Assembly: GCA_040219255.1 (NCBI GenBank)
Contig: JAVJSW010000066.1
Location: 1 to 40,981, forward strand
Length of the DNA stretch: 40,981 nucleotides
Reading direction: 5' to 3'
From: Sumerlaeia bacterium
GTDB taxonomy: Bacteria > Sumerlaeota > Sumerlaeia > SLMS01 > JAHLLQ01
Below the pieces are notes generated by a model. That model was not told the DNA's origin. It saw only the letters and a program-made list of their open reading frames with translations, and did not search any database. Of this stretch, positions 27,680 through 36,418 are shown in pieces. Numbering within the stretch: the first letter of the stretch is position 1; each line of letters opens with the position of its first letter. The translations under genes and the position numbers were made by a program.

Positions 27680-28153
27680 ATGATTCGAACAGTGGTGTAT
27701 GTCGAGACAAGCATCCCGAGCTTCTACTTTGAGACTCGCTCCGAACCGGACATGGTGGCACGCCGCGATTGGACGAGGCAGTGGTGGAGCAAAGCCCTGG
27801 ATCGACACGAGTTAGTGACCAGTCCTGCGGTGATTGACGAACTCGAGCGCGGAAACTTTTCCGCTCGCGACGACTGCCTAAGGTTGGTGGAAGATTTGCC
27901 ATTGCTGCCCATTGAGGACTCGATCACCGAAATAGTTGAGGCCTATATCGCGCGGAAAGTCATGCCAGCCGATCCAGCGGGCGATGCACTGCATCTGGCT
28001 TTGGCCTCTTTTCACCGCTGCGATTTCGTCTTGACTTGAAATTGCAAACACCTTGCCAACGCCAATAAATTTGCACATACACGCCGCGTGAATTCCTTGT
28101 TGGGGCTCTACGTTCCCACCTTGGTGACGCCGCTCGAACTGGAGGAGGCCTAA
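27680..28153 (+). pseudogene. PIN-domain (VapC-like) toxin interrupted by an in-frame TGA at 28037-28039
   Basis: VYVETSIPS, VIDEL and DALHLALA motifs, then DFVLT*NCKHLANANK...LVTPLEL; the frame continues to TAA 28151-28153. Confidence 0.85.
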
Positions 28154-28154
28154 C

Positions 28155-28346
28155 ATGAAGACTGAGAGTGGCCTGGAAGCCACAAGAGAGATCAGAAAGC
28201 GAATCTCGGCCGAGAATCACAACGACCCTCGCCAGCTTTGCGATTACTATCGTGAGTACCAAAGCCGTTTTGCCGAGCGGTTGAAGAAACCGGTCGTCCG
28301 CTCGGAAAAGCCGGCAGAGACCGAGGAACGCGAGTCAGGAAACTGA
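28155..28346 (+). CDS. Small hypothetical protein, probable partner of the PIN gene
   Basis: GGAGG RBS at the end of the PIN gene; ATG 1 nt after its stop; helical EATREIRKRISAE...DPRQL pattern. Confidence 0.7.
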   Translation: MKTESGLEATREIRKRISAENHNDPRQLCDYYREYQSRFAERLKKPVVRSEKPAETEERESGN

Positions 28347-28355
28347 CTCCGCCCC

Positions 28356-29261
28356 TCACCCCCCATACCGCCGCAAAATCTCCAAACACCCGCCCATATA
28401 CCCGCCACCAAAAATGTTCAGGTGGTTCAGCAAGTGATACAGCTTATAGATCTCCAGCCGTGTCTTGCTCCCCGGGGCGAGGGGCCAGACGGATTCGTAG
28501 CCTCCGTAGAAAGCGTTGGTGAAGCCGCCGAAGAGGAGCGTCATGGCGAGGTCCGCTTCGCGCCGGCCGTAGTAGGCCGCCGGGTCGATGAGGACCGGTT
28601 CGCCGCGGTCGCTGCAGAGGTAGTTGCCGCCCCATAAGTCCCCGTGCAGCAGGCAGGCGGGCTCCACCGGTTCGCCGATCAGATCCGGCAGGCGGTGGAG
28701 AAGCGACTGGCCGAGCCGGCGCATTTCCGGGCTGCTGCGGTGATTTTTCTCCGTCAGATCGAGCTGAAACCCTAGCCGCCGCTCGGCCCAAAACGCCACC
28801 CAATCGTCCATCCAGCCGTTCGGCTGGGGCGTGGAGCCGATGTAGTTGTCGTGGTCGAAGCCGCACCGGTCTTGTCGCGTGGCCTGGTGCAGGCGCGCGA
28901 GCTGGGCGCCGAATTCGTGCATGAAGCCTTTGGGTTGGGGGCCGCTGAGGATCGCTTCCGTCAGGAGAAAGGGCGGCGCGCCGCCTTCTCCCCCGCCGTG
29001 GCCGATGACGCGCGGGACGCGGATGGCGCCCGGGGCGGCGAGGGCCCGCAGACCATCCGCCTCGCGCGCGAAGAGTTCCGGCAGCGGGTCCGCGTTGCTC
29101 TTGAGAAAATACCGCCGGCCGTCCTCCAGCGTCACCACCTGGGCTGCGTTGATACACCCGCCGCCGACCGATCCCGAGGAAGCGATCCGCGAGCGCTCGC
29201 CCGTTTCCTCCGCGATCAGAGCCTCGACGGCGGCATAGAGCTTGTCACGCGAGGCTGTCAC
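28356..29261 (-). CDS. Fructosamine/ribulosamine 3-kinase family protein
   Basis: VGGGCIN, FAREADGL, GFDHDNYIGSTPQ, LLHGDLWGGN and DPAAYYGRREADLAM; GTG start overlaps the upstream stop (GTGA). Confidence 0.93.
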   Translation of the reverse strand: MTASRDKLYAAVEALIAEETGERSRIASSGSVGGGCINAAQVVTLEDGRRYFLKSNADPLPELFAREADGLRALAAPGAIRVPRVIGHGGGEGGAPPFLLTEAILSGPQPKGFMHEFGAQLARLHQATRQDRCGFDHDNYIGSTPQPNGWMDDWVAFWAERRLGFQLDLTEKNHRSSPEMRRLGQSLLHRLPDLIGEPVEPACLLHGDLWGGNYLCSDRGEPVLIDPAAYYGRREADLAMTLLFGGFTNAFYGGYESVWPLAPGSKTRLEIYKLYHLLNHLNIFGGGYMGGCLEILRRYGG

Positions 29262-29761
29262 GACGCGGCCCCTTCCCGCCGCCCGGCTTCCAGCTGCTCC
29301 AGGAGTCGCTCGCACGCGGCCGTCACCAGGTCCAGCACCTCCTCGAATCCCTGCGGTCCGCCGTAGTACGGGTCCGGCACGTCGGGCGTCGGTGGGTTGG
29401 GGTGGAGCGCCATCATGCGGACGACCTTTTCGCGCTCGGCGTCACTGCGGTACAGGGCGAGGAGATTGCGTTCGTTCGCCCGATCCATGGCCACGATGAC
29501 ATCGAAGTCGGTGAAATCGGCGCTGGTGGCCTGGCGGCCCCGGCTGGTCAGGTGGATGCCGCGAGCGGCGGCGGCGCGGGTCATGCGCTCGTCGGCTGGT
29601 TCGCCGATGTGATAGGCGCTGGTGCCGGCGCTGTCGATTTCATAGTGCTCGCCCAGGCCCCGCTCCTCCACCAGATGGCGAAACACAGCCTCGCCGGTGG
29701 GCGACCGGCAGATGTTGCCGAGGCAGACGAAGAGGACGCGGATGGGGGACGGATTACTCAT
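29258..29761 (-). CDS. Low-molecular-weight protein tyrosine phosphatase
   Basis: VCLGNICRSP (CX5R), DSAGT and DVPDPYYG; AAGGA RBS before ATG 29761. Confidence 0.95.
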   Translation of the reverse strand: MSNPSPIRVLFVCLGNICRSPTGEAVFRHLVEERGLGEHYEIDSAGTSAYHIGEPADERMTRAAAARGIHLTSRGRQATSADFTDFDVIVAMDRANERNLLALYRSDAEREKVVRMMALHPNPPTPDVPDPYYGGPQGFEEVLDLVTAACERLLEQLEAGRREGAAS

Positions 29762-29905
29762 TTCCTTCTCCTTGGAGGACCGATATGGTCCACCGCTGCA
29801 AAAAATCGGCCACGGGGACAAGGGAAGCTTGCCCTCGTCCGCCGGCTTGTGTCCCCTGATCGGGATTTCGAAACCCCCTATTTCCCAACAGAGGACCCCG
29901 ATTCG

Positions 29906-30505
29906 ATGATTCTGACACGCGTTGTCCCCATTTTTCTCCTGGCCGCCATGGCCTCCGGCTGTGGCGTGGTGACCCGCTCGACCACGACGACCCGCACCGC
30001 CGTCGAGGTCGCCCTGCTGACTCAATCGCTGGAAGACGCCATCGAGGAACTCGGCGTCGAAGCCCCCACCGGCGGCGAAACGCAAGTGACCCAGGGCCAG
30101 TCTTTCCACCTCGTCACCTCCGAACTCGCTTCCGCTGTCGAGAAGGACTACCTGATTTCCAAACTCCGCGAACGCCTCCTCAAACTCGGCCTCGTCGAAG
30201 CCAAGGACAAGGACTCGGCCAACCTCGTGGTGTTCCCCCGCGTCGACTACAATCAGATCGACGACCACGAAACCCTGATCGGCATTCCCGAGTTGGAGTT
30301 CCAGGGCTTTCAGACGCCTGAGGTCAAGCTCTTCAAGTTCGACAAGCAGAAGGGCCGCTCGAAGGTCAGCATGTACGGCACCGACGCCAGCTCCGGCGTC
30401 ATGGTCTTCGCCTCGGACCCGGTCGGCCAGCAGCGCTACTACGACCGCGTGACCTTCCTGTTCATCGCCAAGTTCAAGAGCACTGACCTGGAAGAACCGT
30501 TCTAA
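29906..30505 (+). CDS. Hypothetical lipoprotein (DUF6655-like)
   Basis: Lipobox MASGC followed by TRSTTTTRTAVEVALLTQSLEDAI; strong GC3 codon bias from 29906. Confidence 0.7.
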   Translation: MILTRVVPIFLLAAMASGCGVVTRSTTTTRTAVEVALLTQSLEDAIEELGVEAPTGGETQVTQGQSFHLVTSELASAVEKDYLISKLRERLLKLGLVEAKDKDSANLVVFPRVDYNQIDDHETLIGIPELEFQGFQTPEVKLFKFDKQKGRSKVSMYGTDASSGVMVFASDPVGQQRYYDRVTFLFIAKFKSTDLEEPF

Positions 30506-30547
30506 ATCGTGGACTTAGGGCGTCCACGGTTTTCCCGTTGACGCCAG

Positions 30548-30567
30548 ACATCATCATATCATGATAT
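30548..30567. promoter_or_regulatory. SahR/ArsR-type operator candidate overlapping a sigma70 promoter (-35 TTGACG at 30538)
   Basis: ACATCA-N8-TGATAT 20-bp imperfect palindrome upstream of a methionine-cycle gene. Confidence 0.55.
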
Positions 30568-30620
30568 TTGAAAACGCCCCCTTCGCAGAGGCTTTCATCA
30601 CGTTCCCCAGTTAAGGCCCT

Positions 30621-32519
30621 ATGACCACCAGCACCTCCTCCCCCACCACTTCGCAAGCCGCCAACGCCCGGCCGTCGCTCCTCGATACCCTGGCCCGGCG
30701 CACCGTTCTGGCCGATGGCGCCATGGGGCCGATGATTTATCGGCAGGGCGTGTTCATCAACACGTCCTTCGAGAGCCTGAACCTGGGCCGCCCCCACGTG
30801 GTCAAGAACATCCACCTGGAGTTCAAGCAGGCCGGCGCGGAAATCCTCGGCACCAACACCTTCAGCGCCCATCGGCGGAAACTGGCAAAGTACGGGCTGG
30901 CGGATAAGACGCGCGAAATCAACCTGTCGGCCGTCCGTCTGGCCCAGGAAGCGAGCCAGGGCGACTGCTGGATCGCCGGCGTGGTGGGGCCTCCGGGGGA
31001 AGACGCCGAGGGCGACCTGGAAGCGATGGACGAAGCGGCCCTGCGGGAACTCTACCGCGAGCAACTCGCCTACCTCGTCGAAGGCGGCGTCGATGCGATT
31101 TTCCTCCAGTCCTTCAGCCACCTGCCCACGCTGGCTCTCGTGGCCCAGGAAGCGCGCCGGGCCGCTCCGGGCCTGCCCCTGGCCGCCATGGTGCTGCTGA
31201 ACGAAGACGGCCAGACGCGCTTTGGCGACGACGCCCCCGCCATCGGCGCGGCGCTGGAAGGCTGCGGCGCGGATGTCGTCGGCTTCAACGACGGCCCCGG
31301 CGTGAACGTGCTTCTCAAGGCCATGGAGCAGGCGAAAACGGCGACGCGCAAACCCTTCGCCCTCCTGCCCGGCACCGGCCTGCCGATCCGCCACGAAGAC
31401 ATGACGCTGCACATGGCGACGCCCGAGTACTTCATGGAGCTGCTGCGCCGGGCCATGCAGAAAGGCGCCCGCATTATCGGTGGCAGCGGCGGCTGCACCC
31501 CCGACCACATCAAGGCCATTCACAGCTCGATCAAGATGCTCCAGCCCGGCGCATCCACGATCCAGGTCACCGACCGCGGCCCCCTGCAAGTCCAGAAAAA
31601 AGAAGCCGCCACGCCCTCGAAATTCGCCGCCAAGCTGCGCGCCGGCAAATTCGTCGTCTCCGTCGAAATCGACCCGCCGGTCGGTACCGACGCGACCCAC
31701 TCGTTGGAGAAGGCCGAGGAATGCGCCGCCGCCGGCATCGACGCCATCAACATCGCCGACGGCCCCCGCGCCACGCCCCGCATGGGGCCGGTGGACATGG
31801 CGATCCTGCTGCGCCAACGCGTCCCCACCATCGAACCCATCGTCCACTTCTGCTGCCGCGATCGCAACCTGCTCGGCATGCAGGCCGACCTGATCGGCGC
31901 CAACGCCATCGGCATCCACAACATCCTGATGATTACCGGTGATCCGCCCAAGCTGGGGGCCTATCCCTTCGCCACGGCGGTTTACGATGTGGATGCCATC
32001 GGGGCGCTGCGGATCGCGGATAAGCTCAACAACGAGATGGATCTGGCCGACAATCCGCTCAAGGGCGGGGCCACCCGGTTGCACCTCGGCTGCGGCGCGA
32101 ACCCGGGCGCCATCGATCTTGATCTGGAGGTGGATCGCCTGGCCCGGAAAATCGAAGCCGGCGCCGAGTACATCCTCACCCAGCCGGTGTACGATTTCAG
32201 CCTCTTCGAGCGCTTCTGGCAGCGGGTGAACCACTTCGGCGTGCCGATTCTGATCGGGATTCTGCCGCTGGCGAGCTATCGCAACGCCGAATTCCTGCAC
32301 AACGAAGTCCCCGGCATGCAGGTCCCGCAAGACATCCGCGAGCGCATGCGGCGCTGCGAAGACAAAGAAGCGGCCCGCCAGGAAGGCATCGCCATCGCCC
32401 GCGAAGCCCTCGCCGCCGCCCTGCCGGAAATCCAAGGCACCTACGTCATGCCGCCCTTCAACCGCGTTGACTCCGCGCTGGAGGTGTTGGAGGTTGCGCG
32501 GAACAGAATGGGAGGGTGA
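30621..32519 (+). CDS. yitJ: Bifunctional homocysteine S-methyltransferase-like / 5,10-methylenetetrahydrofolate reductase (YitJ type)
   Basis: DGAMG, AGAEILGTNTF and GVVGP in the N-terminal domain; VEIDPP, HFCCRDRN, ITGDPP and TQP in the MTHFR domain. Confidence 0.9.
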   Translation: MTTSTSSPTTSQAANARPSLLDTLARRTVLADGAMGPMIYRQGVFINTSFESLNLGRPHVVKNIHLEFKQAGAEILGTNTFSAHRRKLAKYGLADKTREINLSAVRLAQEASQGDCWIAGVVGPPGEDAEGDLEAMDEAALRELYREQLAYLVEGGVDAIFLQSFSHLPTLALVAQEARRAAPGLPLAAMVLLNEDGQTRFGDDAPAIGAALEGCGADVVGFNDGPGVNVLLKAMEQAKTATRKPFALLPGTGLPIRHEDMTLHMATPEYFMELLRRAMQKGARIIGGSGGCTPDHIKAIHSSIKMLQPGASTIQVTDRGPLQVQKKEAATPSKFAAKLRAGKFVVSVEIDPPVGTDATHSLEKAEECAAAGIDAINIADGPRATPRMGPVDMAILLRQRVPTIEPIVHFCCRDRNLLGMQADLIGANAIGIHNILMITGDPPKLGAYPFATAVYDVDAIGALRIADKLNNEMDLADNPLKGGATRLHLGCGANPGAIDLDLEVDRLARKIEAGAEYILTQPVYDFSLFERFWQRVNHFGVPILIGILPLASYRNAEFLHNEVPGMQVPQDIRERMRRCEDKEAARQEGIAIAREALAAALPEIQGTYVMPPFNRVDSALEVLEVARNRMGG

Positions 32520-32526
32520 CCGGTCC

Positions 32527-33192
32527 ATGTTAAGGCAACACGTAATAAAGAGAGTCCAAGACCTTTTGGGACTCTCGATTTTTACAGCCCGGAATTTCGA
32601 AGTGACAACCACCTCTGAACAACCGCTCACTATTCGATTTGCACTGAATACTAATTTTTATTTCATTGTTGAACTTGATGAAGTTAATTTGGATTCTTGT
32701 ACAATTGAGATGGCCCCAGGCAAAGTCGAAAATGTAGCTATTCAACATTATGAATATTTTTCTATTGAAGAAATTTATCAATTAATACCCACATGGATCG
32801 AATGTTTAGAACAAGAAGTCAAGGCGCTGGCGGGCGACGGACCAGAGATTCGAAGATGCATTCAAAAATTTGAAGAGTTATTGGAAGAGCACATAACAGA
32901 CCCAGACTCTCATTTTACAGAGGGTGAGAAATCTGAGTGGATGGAAAGACTAAGCGCTCTCGAAGAGAGTTTTGTTTCACTAAGGGAACAAAACAGCGCA
33001 ATGTCAGAAAAGCTTACACAGGCAATCGAGCAGATTGAAATGTATAAAGTGTTGTTGGATGGAACGAAAAAAGGTGCGTGGATTAGGTCTTTTGGAAAAG
33101 CAATAATAGGGACCTTTGGAGTCGTATTAAACTCAAAATCGGGGCAGGTCATTACTGGAGAAATTACAAAGAAATTGATCGGTGAAGAATAA
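32527..33192 (+). CDS. AT-rich hypothetical protein with C-terminal coiled coil
   Basis: Open 221-codon frame with AT-rich codons, sharply different from its neighbours. Confidence 0.75.
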   Translation: MLRQHVIKRVQDLLGLSIFTARNFEVTTTSEQPLTIRFALNTNFYFIVELDEVNLDSCTIEMAPGKVENVAIQHYEYFSIEEIYQLIPTWIECLEQEVKALAGDGPEIRRCIQKFEELLEEHITDPDSHFTEGEKSEWMERLSALEESFVSLREQNSAMSEKLTQAIEQIEMYKVLLDGTKKGAWIRSFGKAIIGTFGVVLNSKSGQVITGEITKKLIGEE

Positions 33193-33223
33193 CACATATT
33201 GAAGGTACTTTGCCAAAATTCCC

Positions 33224-33589
33224 CTACCCAACCAACTTCCCCCGAAACACAAAAAAAACCGCGCCCATCAAACACAATCCCGCCCACAGATAATCCCACG
33301 TCAGTTTCTCCTTCATGTAGAACACCGCGAACGGCACGAACACCGTCAGGGTGATGACTTCCTGGAGCAGTTTGAGTTGGCCGACGGACATGACGCCGTG
33401 GCCGATGCGGTTGGCGGGGACCTGGATCAGGTATTCGAAGAGGGCGATGCCCCAACTGATGAGTGCGGCGACGATCCAGGGTTTGTGCGCCAGATCGCGC
33501 AGGTGGGCGTACCACGCGAAGGTCATAAAAATGTTGCTGGCAATCAGCATCACCACGGTCAGAATGTAGGGTTTCAAGGGCGGGGGCAC
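33224..33589 (-). CDS. DMT-superfamily small membrane protein (DUF486 type)
   Basis: SNIFMTFAWYAHL, SWGIALFEY, QVPANRIG and QLKLLQEVITL. Confidence 0.92.
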   Translation of the reverse strand: MPPPLKPYILTVVMLIASNIFMTFAWYAHLRDLAHKPWIVAALISWGIALFEYLIQVPANRIGHGVMSVGQLKLLQEVITLTVFVPFAVFYMKEKLTWDYLWAGLCLMGAVFFVFRGKLVG

Positions 33590-33712
33590 CGGCGGGCGTG
33601 AGGTCGGGGACGGGGGCGATGGAGCCTCGTCGTCCAGGCGGCGGGAAGTAGCGCCGGAGGCGCGGGGAAATCAAGGCCGTTCGCGGGCGGGCTGCGGATT
33701 GTTGAGGTGGCT

Positions 33713-34264
33713 TTACTTGGGAGAAAGCTCCACCCCGTCCTCGCCATCGTCCTCCGCGAACTTGACCTTCACCACCTGATCCAGCGTCGTTTCCACCCGC
33801 AAGCCCACGTAGTCGGGCTGGATCGGATACTCGCGATGGCCGCGATCCACCAGACAGGCGAGGCGGATGAGTTTCGGACGGCCGTAATCCACGATTTCGT
33901 CCATCGCCGCGCGGATCGTGCGGCCCGTGTAGATCACGTCGTCGGTCAGGATCAGGACCGCGCCATCGACATCGTGGGGGAATTCGGACCCGCGGACGAT
34001 CGGTTGGTTCTTCAGTTCGGAGAGGTCATCGCGGTAGAGGGTGATGTCGAGCGTGCCGAAGGCGACGGCGCGGCCGTAGTGTTTCTGGAGCCGTTCGTGG
34101 AGGCGGTCGGCCATGGTGACGCCCCGGGTGCGGATGCCCAGGAGCATGAGGGTGTCGGGCGGCGTGGGGAAATCGGCGGCGATGGTGGCGGCCAAATCGT
34201 CGAGCGCGCGCGCGACGCCGTCGGCATCGAGGAGGGATTGGCTGTTGGGCGAGGCGGCGGTCAT
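33713..34264 (-). CDS. pyrR: Bifunctional pyr operon regulator / uracil phosphoribosyltransferase
   Basis: GIRTRG, LDITLYRDD, DDVIYTGRTIRAA and DRGHREYPIQPDYVG. Start is 34264 or 34291. Confidence 0.95.
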   Translation of the reverse strand: MTAASPNSQSLLDADGVARALDDLAATIAADFPTPPDTLMLLGIRTRGVTMADRLHERLQKHYGRAVAFGTLDITLYRDDLSELKNQPIVRGSEFPHDVDGAVLILTDDVIYTGRTIRAAMDEIVDYGRPKLIRLACLVDRGHREYPIQPDYVGLRVETTLDQVVKVKFAEDDGEDGVELSPK

Positions 34265-34280
34265 GATGGGGCGGACGCTC

Positions 34281-35591
34281 CTATTTTCCAAGGGCCCGGT
34301 GGGCGATGTCGCGGCGGAGCCATCCGCCGTCGAAGCTCACCCGTCCGGCCAGGTCGTAAACGGTCGAAAGCGAGCTTTGCAGCGTCCGGCCCCAAGCCGT
34401 CAAGCCTAGCACGCGCCCGCCTTTAGTCAAAACCTCGCCGTTCGGCCCAGCGGTCGTTCCGGCGTGGAAGATCATGGCGTTCGAAAGGCCGTCGGCGGCG
34501 TCGAGGCCGTGGATCGGCTGGCCATCGCGCACCGTGCCCGGATAGCCTTCCGACGCCATCACGACGACGACGGCGTTGTCGGGACGCATGCCGATGGTCT
34601 GGGCGTTGCCTTCCTGCCAATGGGGCGGCAGGAGGATTTTGCCGAGGCGGCCTTCCGCGCACGCCAGCATCGTCTCGCCCAGGTCGCCCTCGAACAGCGG
34701 CAGGACCACCTGGGTTTCCGGATCGCCGAAGCGGCAATTGAACTCCAGAACCTTCGGCCCGTCCTTCGTCACCATCAGGCCCGCGTAGAGCACGCCCTTA
34801 TAGGGAATGCCGCGGCGGCGCAGTTCGGCGATGGCGGGACGCAGAACCATGCTGAGGGCGGAGGTCAGGTACTCCTCGCCGAACCAGGGCACGGGGGCGT
34901 AGGCGCCCATGCCGCCGGTGTTCAGGCCGGTGTCGCCTTCCCCGGCGCGCTTATGGTCCTGGCTGGGCACGAGAGGAAAAACCTCCTCGCCATCGGTCAG
35001 GGCCAGGATCGAGACCTCCTCGCCTTCGAGCCATTCCTCGATGACGATGCGGGCGCTCGATGCGCCAAAACGGTGTCCAGTCAGGTTTTCCTCGATGGCG
35101 GCTCGGGCGTCGTCCAGCGTCTCGCACATGGCGACGCCCTTGCCCGCGGCGAGGCCGTCGGCCTTCACCACGCAGCGCCCGCCGAGGGACTTGGCGAAAT
35201 CCAGGGCGCGGGTGGCGTCGGAGAAGGTTTCGCTGGCGGCGGTCGGAATGCCGGCGGACACCATGATGTCTTTGGCAAAGGCCTTCGACGCCTCGATCTC
35301 GGCGCCGGCCTTTGTGGGGCCGAACACGCGCAGACCCTTGGCTTCGCAGGCGTCGGCGACGCCTTCGGCGAGGGGTTGCTCGGGCCCGATGACGACCAAA
35401 TCGGCGCCCATTTCGGCCCCGTATTCGGCCCAGGCAACCGGCGATGCAAGCTCGGCGCGCGGCGTTTCCGCCTCCCGCGCGATGCCGGGATTGCCGTTGG
35501 GGCAAACGATTCGGGTGACTGAGGGGGAGGCCTTGAGCCGCCAGGCAATGGCGTGCTCGCGGCCTCCGCCGCCGATCAGAAGGATTTTCAC
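34281..35591 (-). CDS. purD: Phosphoribosylamine--glycine ligase
   Basis: KILLIGGGGREHA, IGPEQPL, KADGLAAGKGV, NTGGMGAY, EFNCRFGDPETQ and GGRVL; GTG start at 35591. Confidence 0.97.
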   Translation of the reverse strand: MKILLIGGGGREHAIAWRLKASPSVTRIVCPNGNPGIAREAETPRAELASPVAWAEYGAEMGADLVVIGPEQPLAEGVADACEAKGLRVFGPTKAGAEIEASKAFAKDIMVSAGIPTAASETFSDATRALDFAKSLGGRCVVKADGLAAGKGVAMCETLDDARAAIEENLTGHRFGASSARIVIEEWLEGEEVSILALTDGEEVFPLVPSQDHKRAGEGDTGLNTGGMGAYAPVPWFGEEYLTSALSMVLRPAIAELRRRGIPYKGVLYAGLMVTKDGPKVLEFNCRFGDPETQVVLPLFEGDLGETMLACAEGRLGKILLPPHWQEGNAQTIGMRPDNAVVVVMASEGYPGTVRDGQPIHGLDAADGLSNAMIFHAGTTAGPNGEVLTKGGRVLGLTAWGRTLQSSLSTVYDLAGRVSFDGGWLRRDIAHRALGK

Positions 35592-35615
35592 GGGAGTGAC
35601 CTTTCCGGGGAAAAC

Positions 35616-35689
35616 GTGCTGGGTGCTAGGTTGTGGGTGCTGGGAGGGGGGCGGGGCAAGGTTCAAGGTGCCACGTTCAACGTGCAACG
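35616..35689. repeat. Two degenerate heptamer tandem arrays
   Basis: GTGCTGG GTGCTAG GTTGTGG GTGCTGG and CAAGGTT CAAGGTG CCACGTT CAACGTG CAACG. Confidence 0.6.
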
Positions 35690-35819
35690 CGGGGGGGAGC
35701 GGTTGGCAGGCATGAGCGCAGGTCTCCTCTCAGGGGAAGTGGGGGGACTCTACAAGAGAAGGCGCTGCGTGGCGCGTGACAAACTGCGGTTAAACTTGTG
35801 GGTTTTAACGGTGTGGGGA

Positions 35820-36395
35820 TCAACGCCCTCGACGTAGTTGTTTCAACGGGATGCTCTCTGGCTCAACCATGGAGTAACCGGCAGAGAGACCTAAAGATGT
35901 GAACGTGTCCTCAATCAGCATCTCGTAGGTCATACATCGTAACCACTCGCAGCCTGCATTATCTAGGTAGTAGTAGAGATAGGGCGACTTGGATTGTATT
36001 ATCAGGTCTTCAGATTCAGGACAATCGCATCGGAAGTCTGGTTCGGCAATGATGAGGAAACCGTCTGCATAGTTCCGTACTGAGTCCACACGACCTACAT
36101 CAAAGGCAACACCGGGTGCATCGCCGGATACAAAGGCTCCGTCTTTGTATAACGGCATATCAATAAGCGTCCAGACATCCTCGCCGCACTCCATTTTGTA
36201 CACCATGGCTCTTTGATTTTCGCTGACAAAACCAACCATCCGAAGCATCATCGGGCCCGCGACGCAAAGAACAGTAACCAAGACATAAAGGAGAAGAAAA
36301 CCCATAACCATCTTCCAGAGCTGTAGCCTCTCCGATGAAGTGGCCTCGCCATTGACAGGCTCGAACCTCTCGGGAGTAGATGGGGGCTGATTCAC
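35820..36395 (-). CDS. Hypothetical membrane-anchored protein, lower GC
   Basis: 191-aa ORF with one TM helix and atypical codon usage; start uncertain. Confidence 0.6.
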   Translation of the reverse strand: MNQPPSTPERFEPVNGEATSSERLQLWKMVMGFLLLYVLVTVLCVAGPMMLRMVGFVSENQRAMVYKMECGEDVWTLIDMPLYKDGAFVSGDAPGVAFDVGRVDSVRNYADGFLIIAEPDFRCDCPESEDLIIQSKSPYLYYYLDNAGCEWLRCMTYEMLIEDTFTSLGLSAGYSMVEPESIPLKQLRRGR

Positions 36396-36418
36396 GGCGG
36401 GTGGGACTCGCGGAGGAG

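Noticed and set aside
28037-28039. In-frame TGA as selenocysteine or an alternative genetic code
   Set aside because: The aligned residue is Trp, not Cys, and TGA terminates many clear genes here (e.g. 734, 6640, 7727, 24848).
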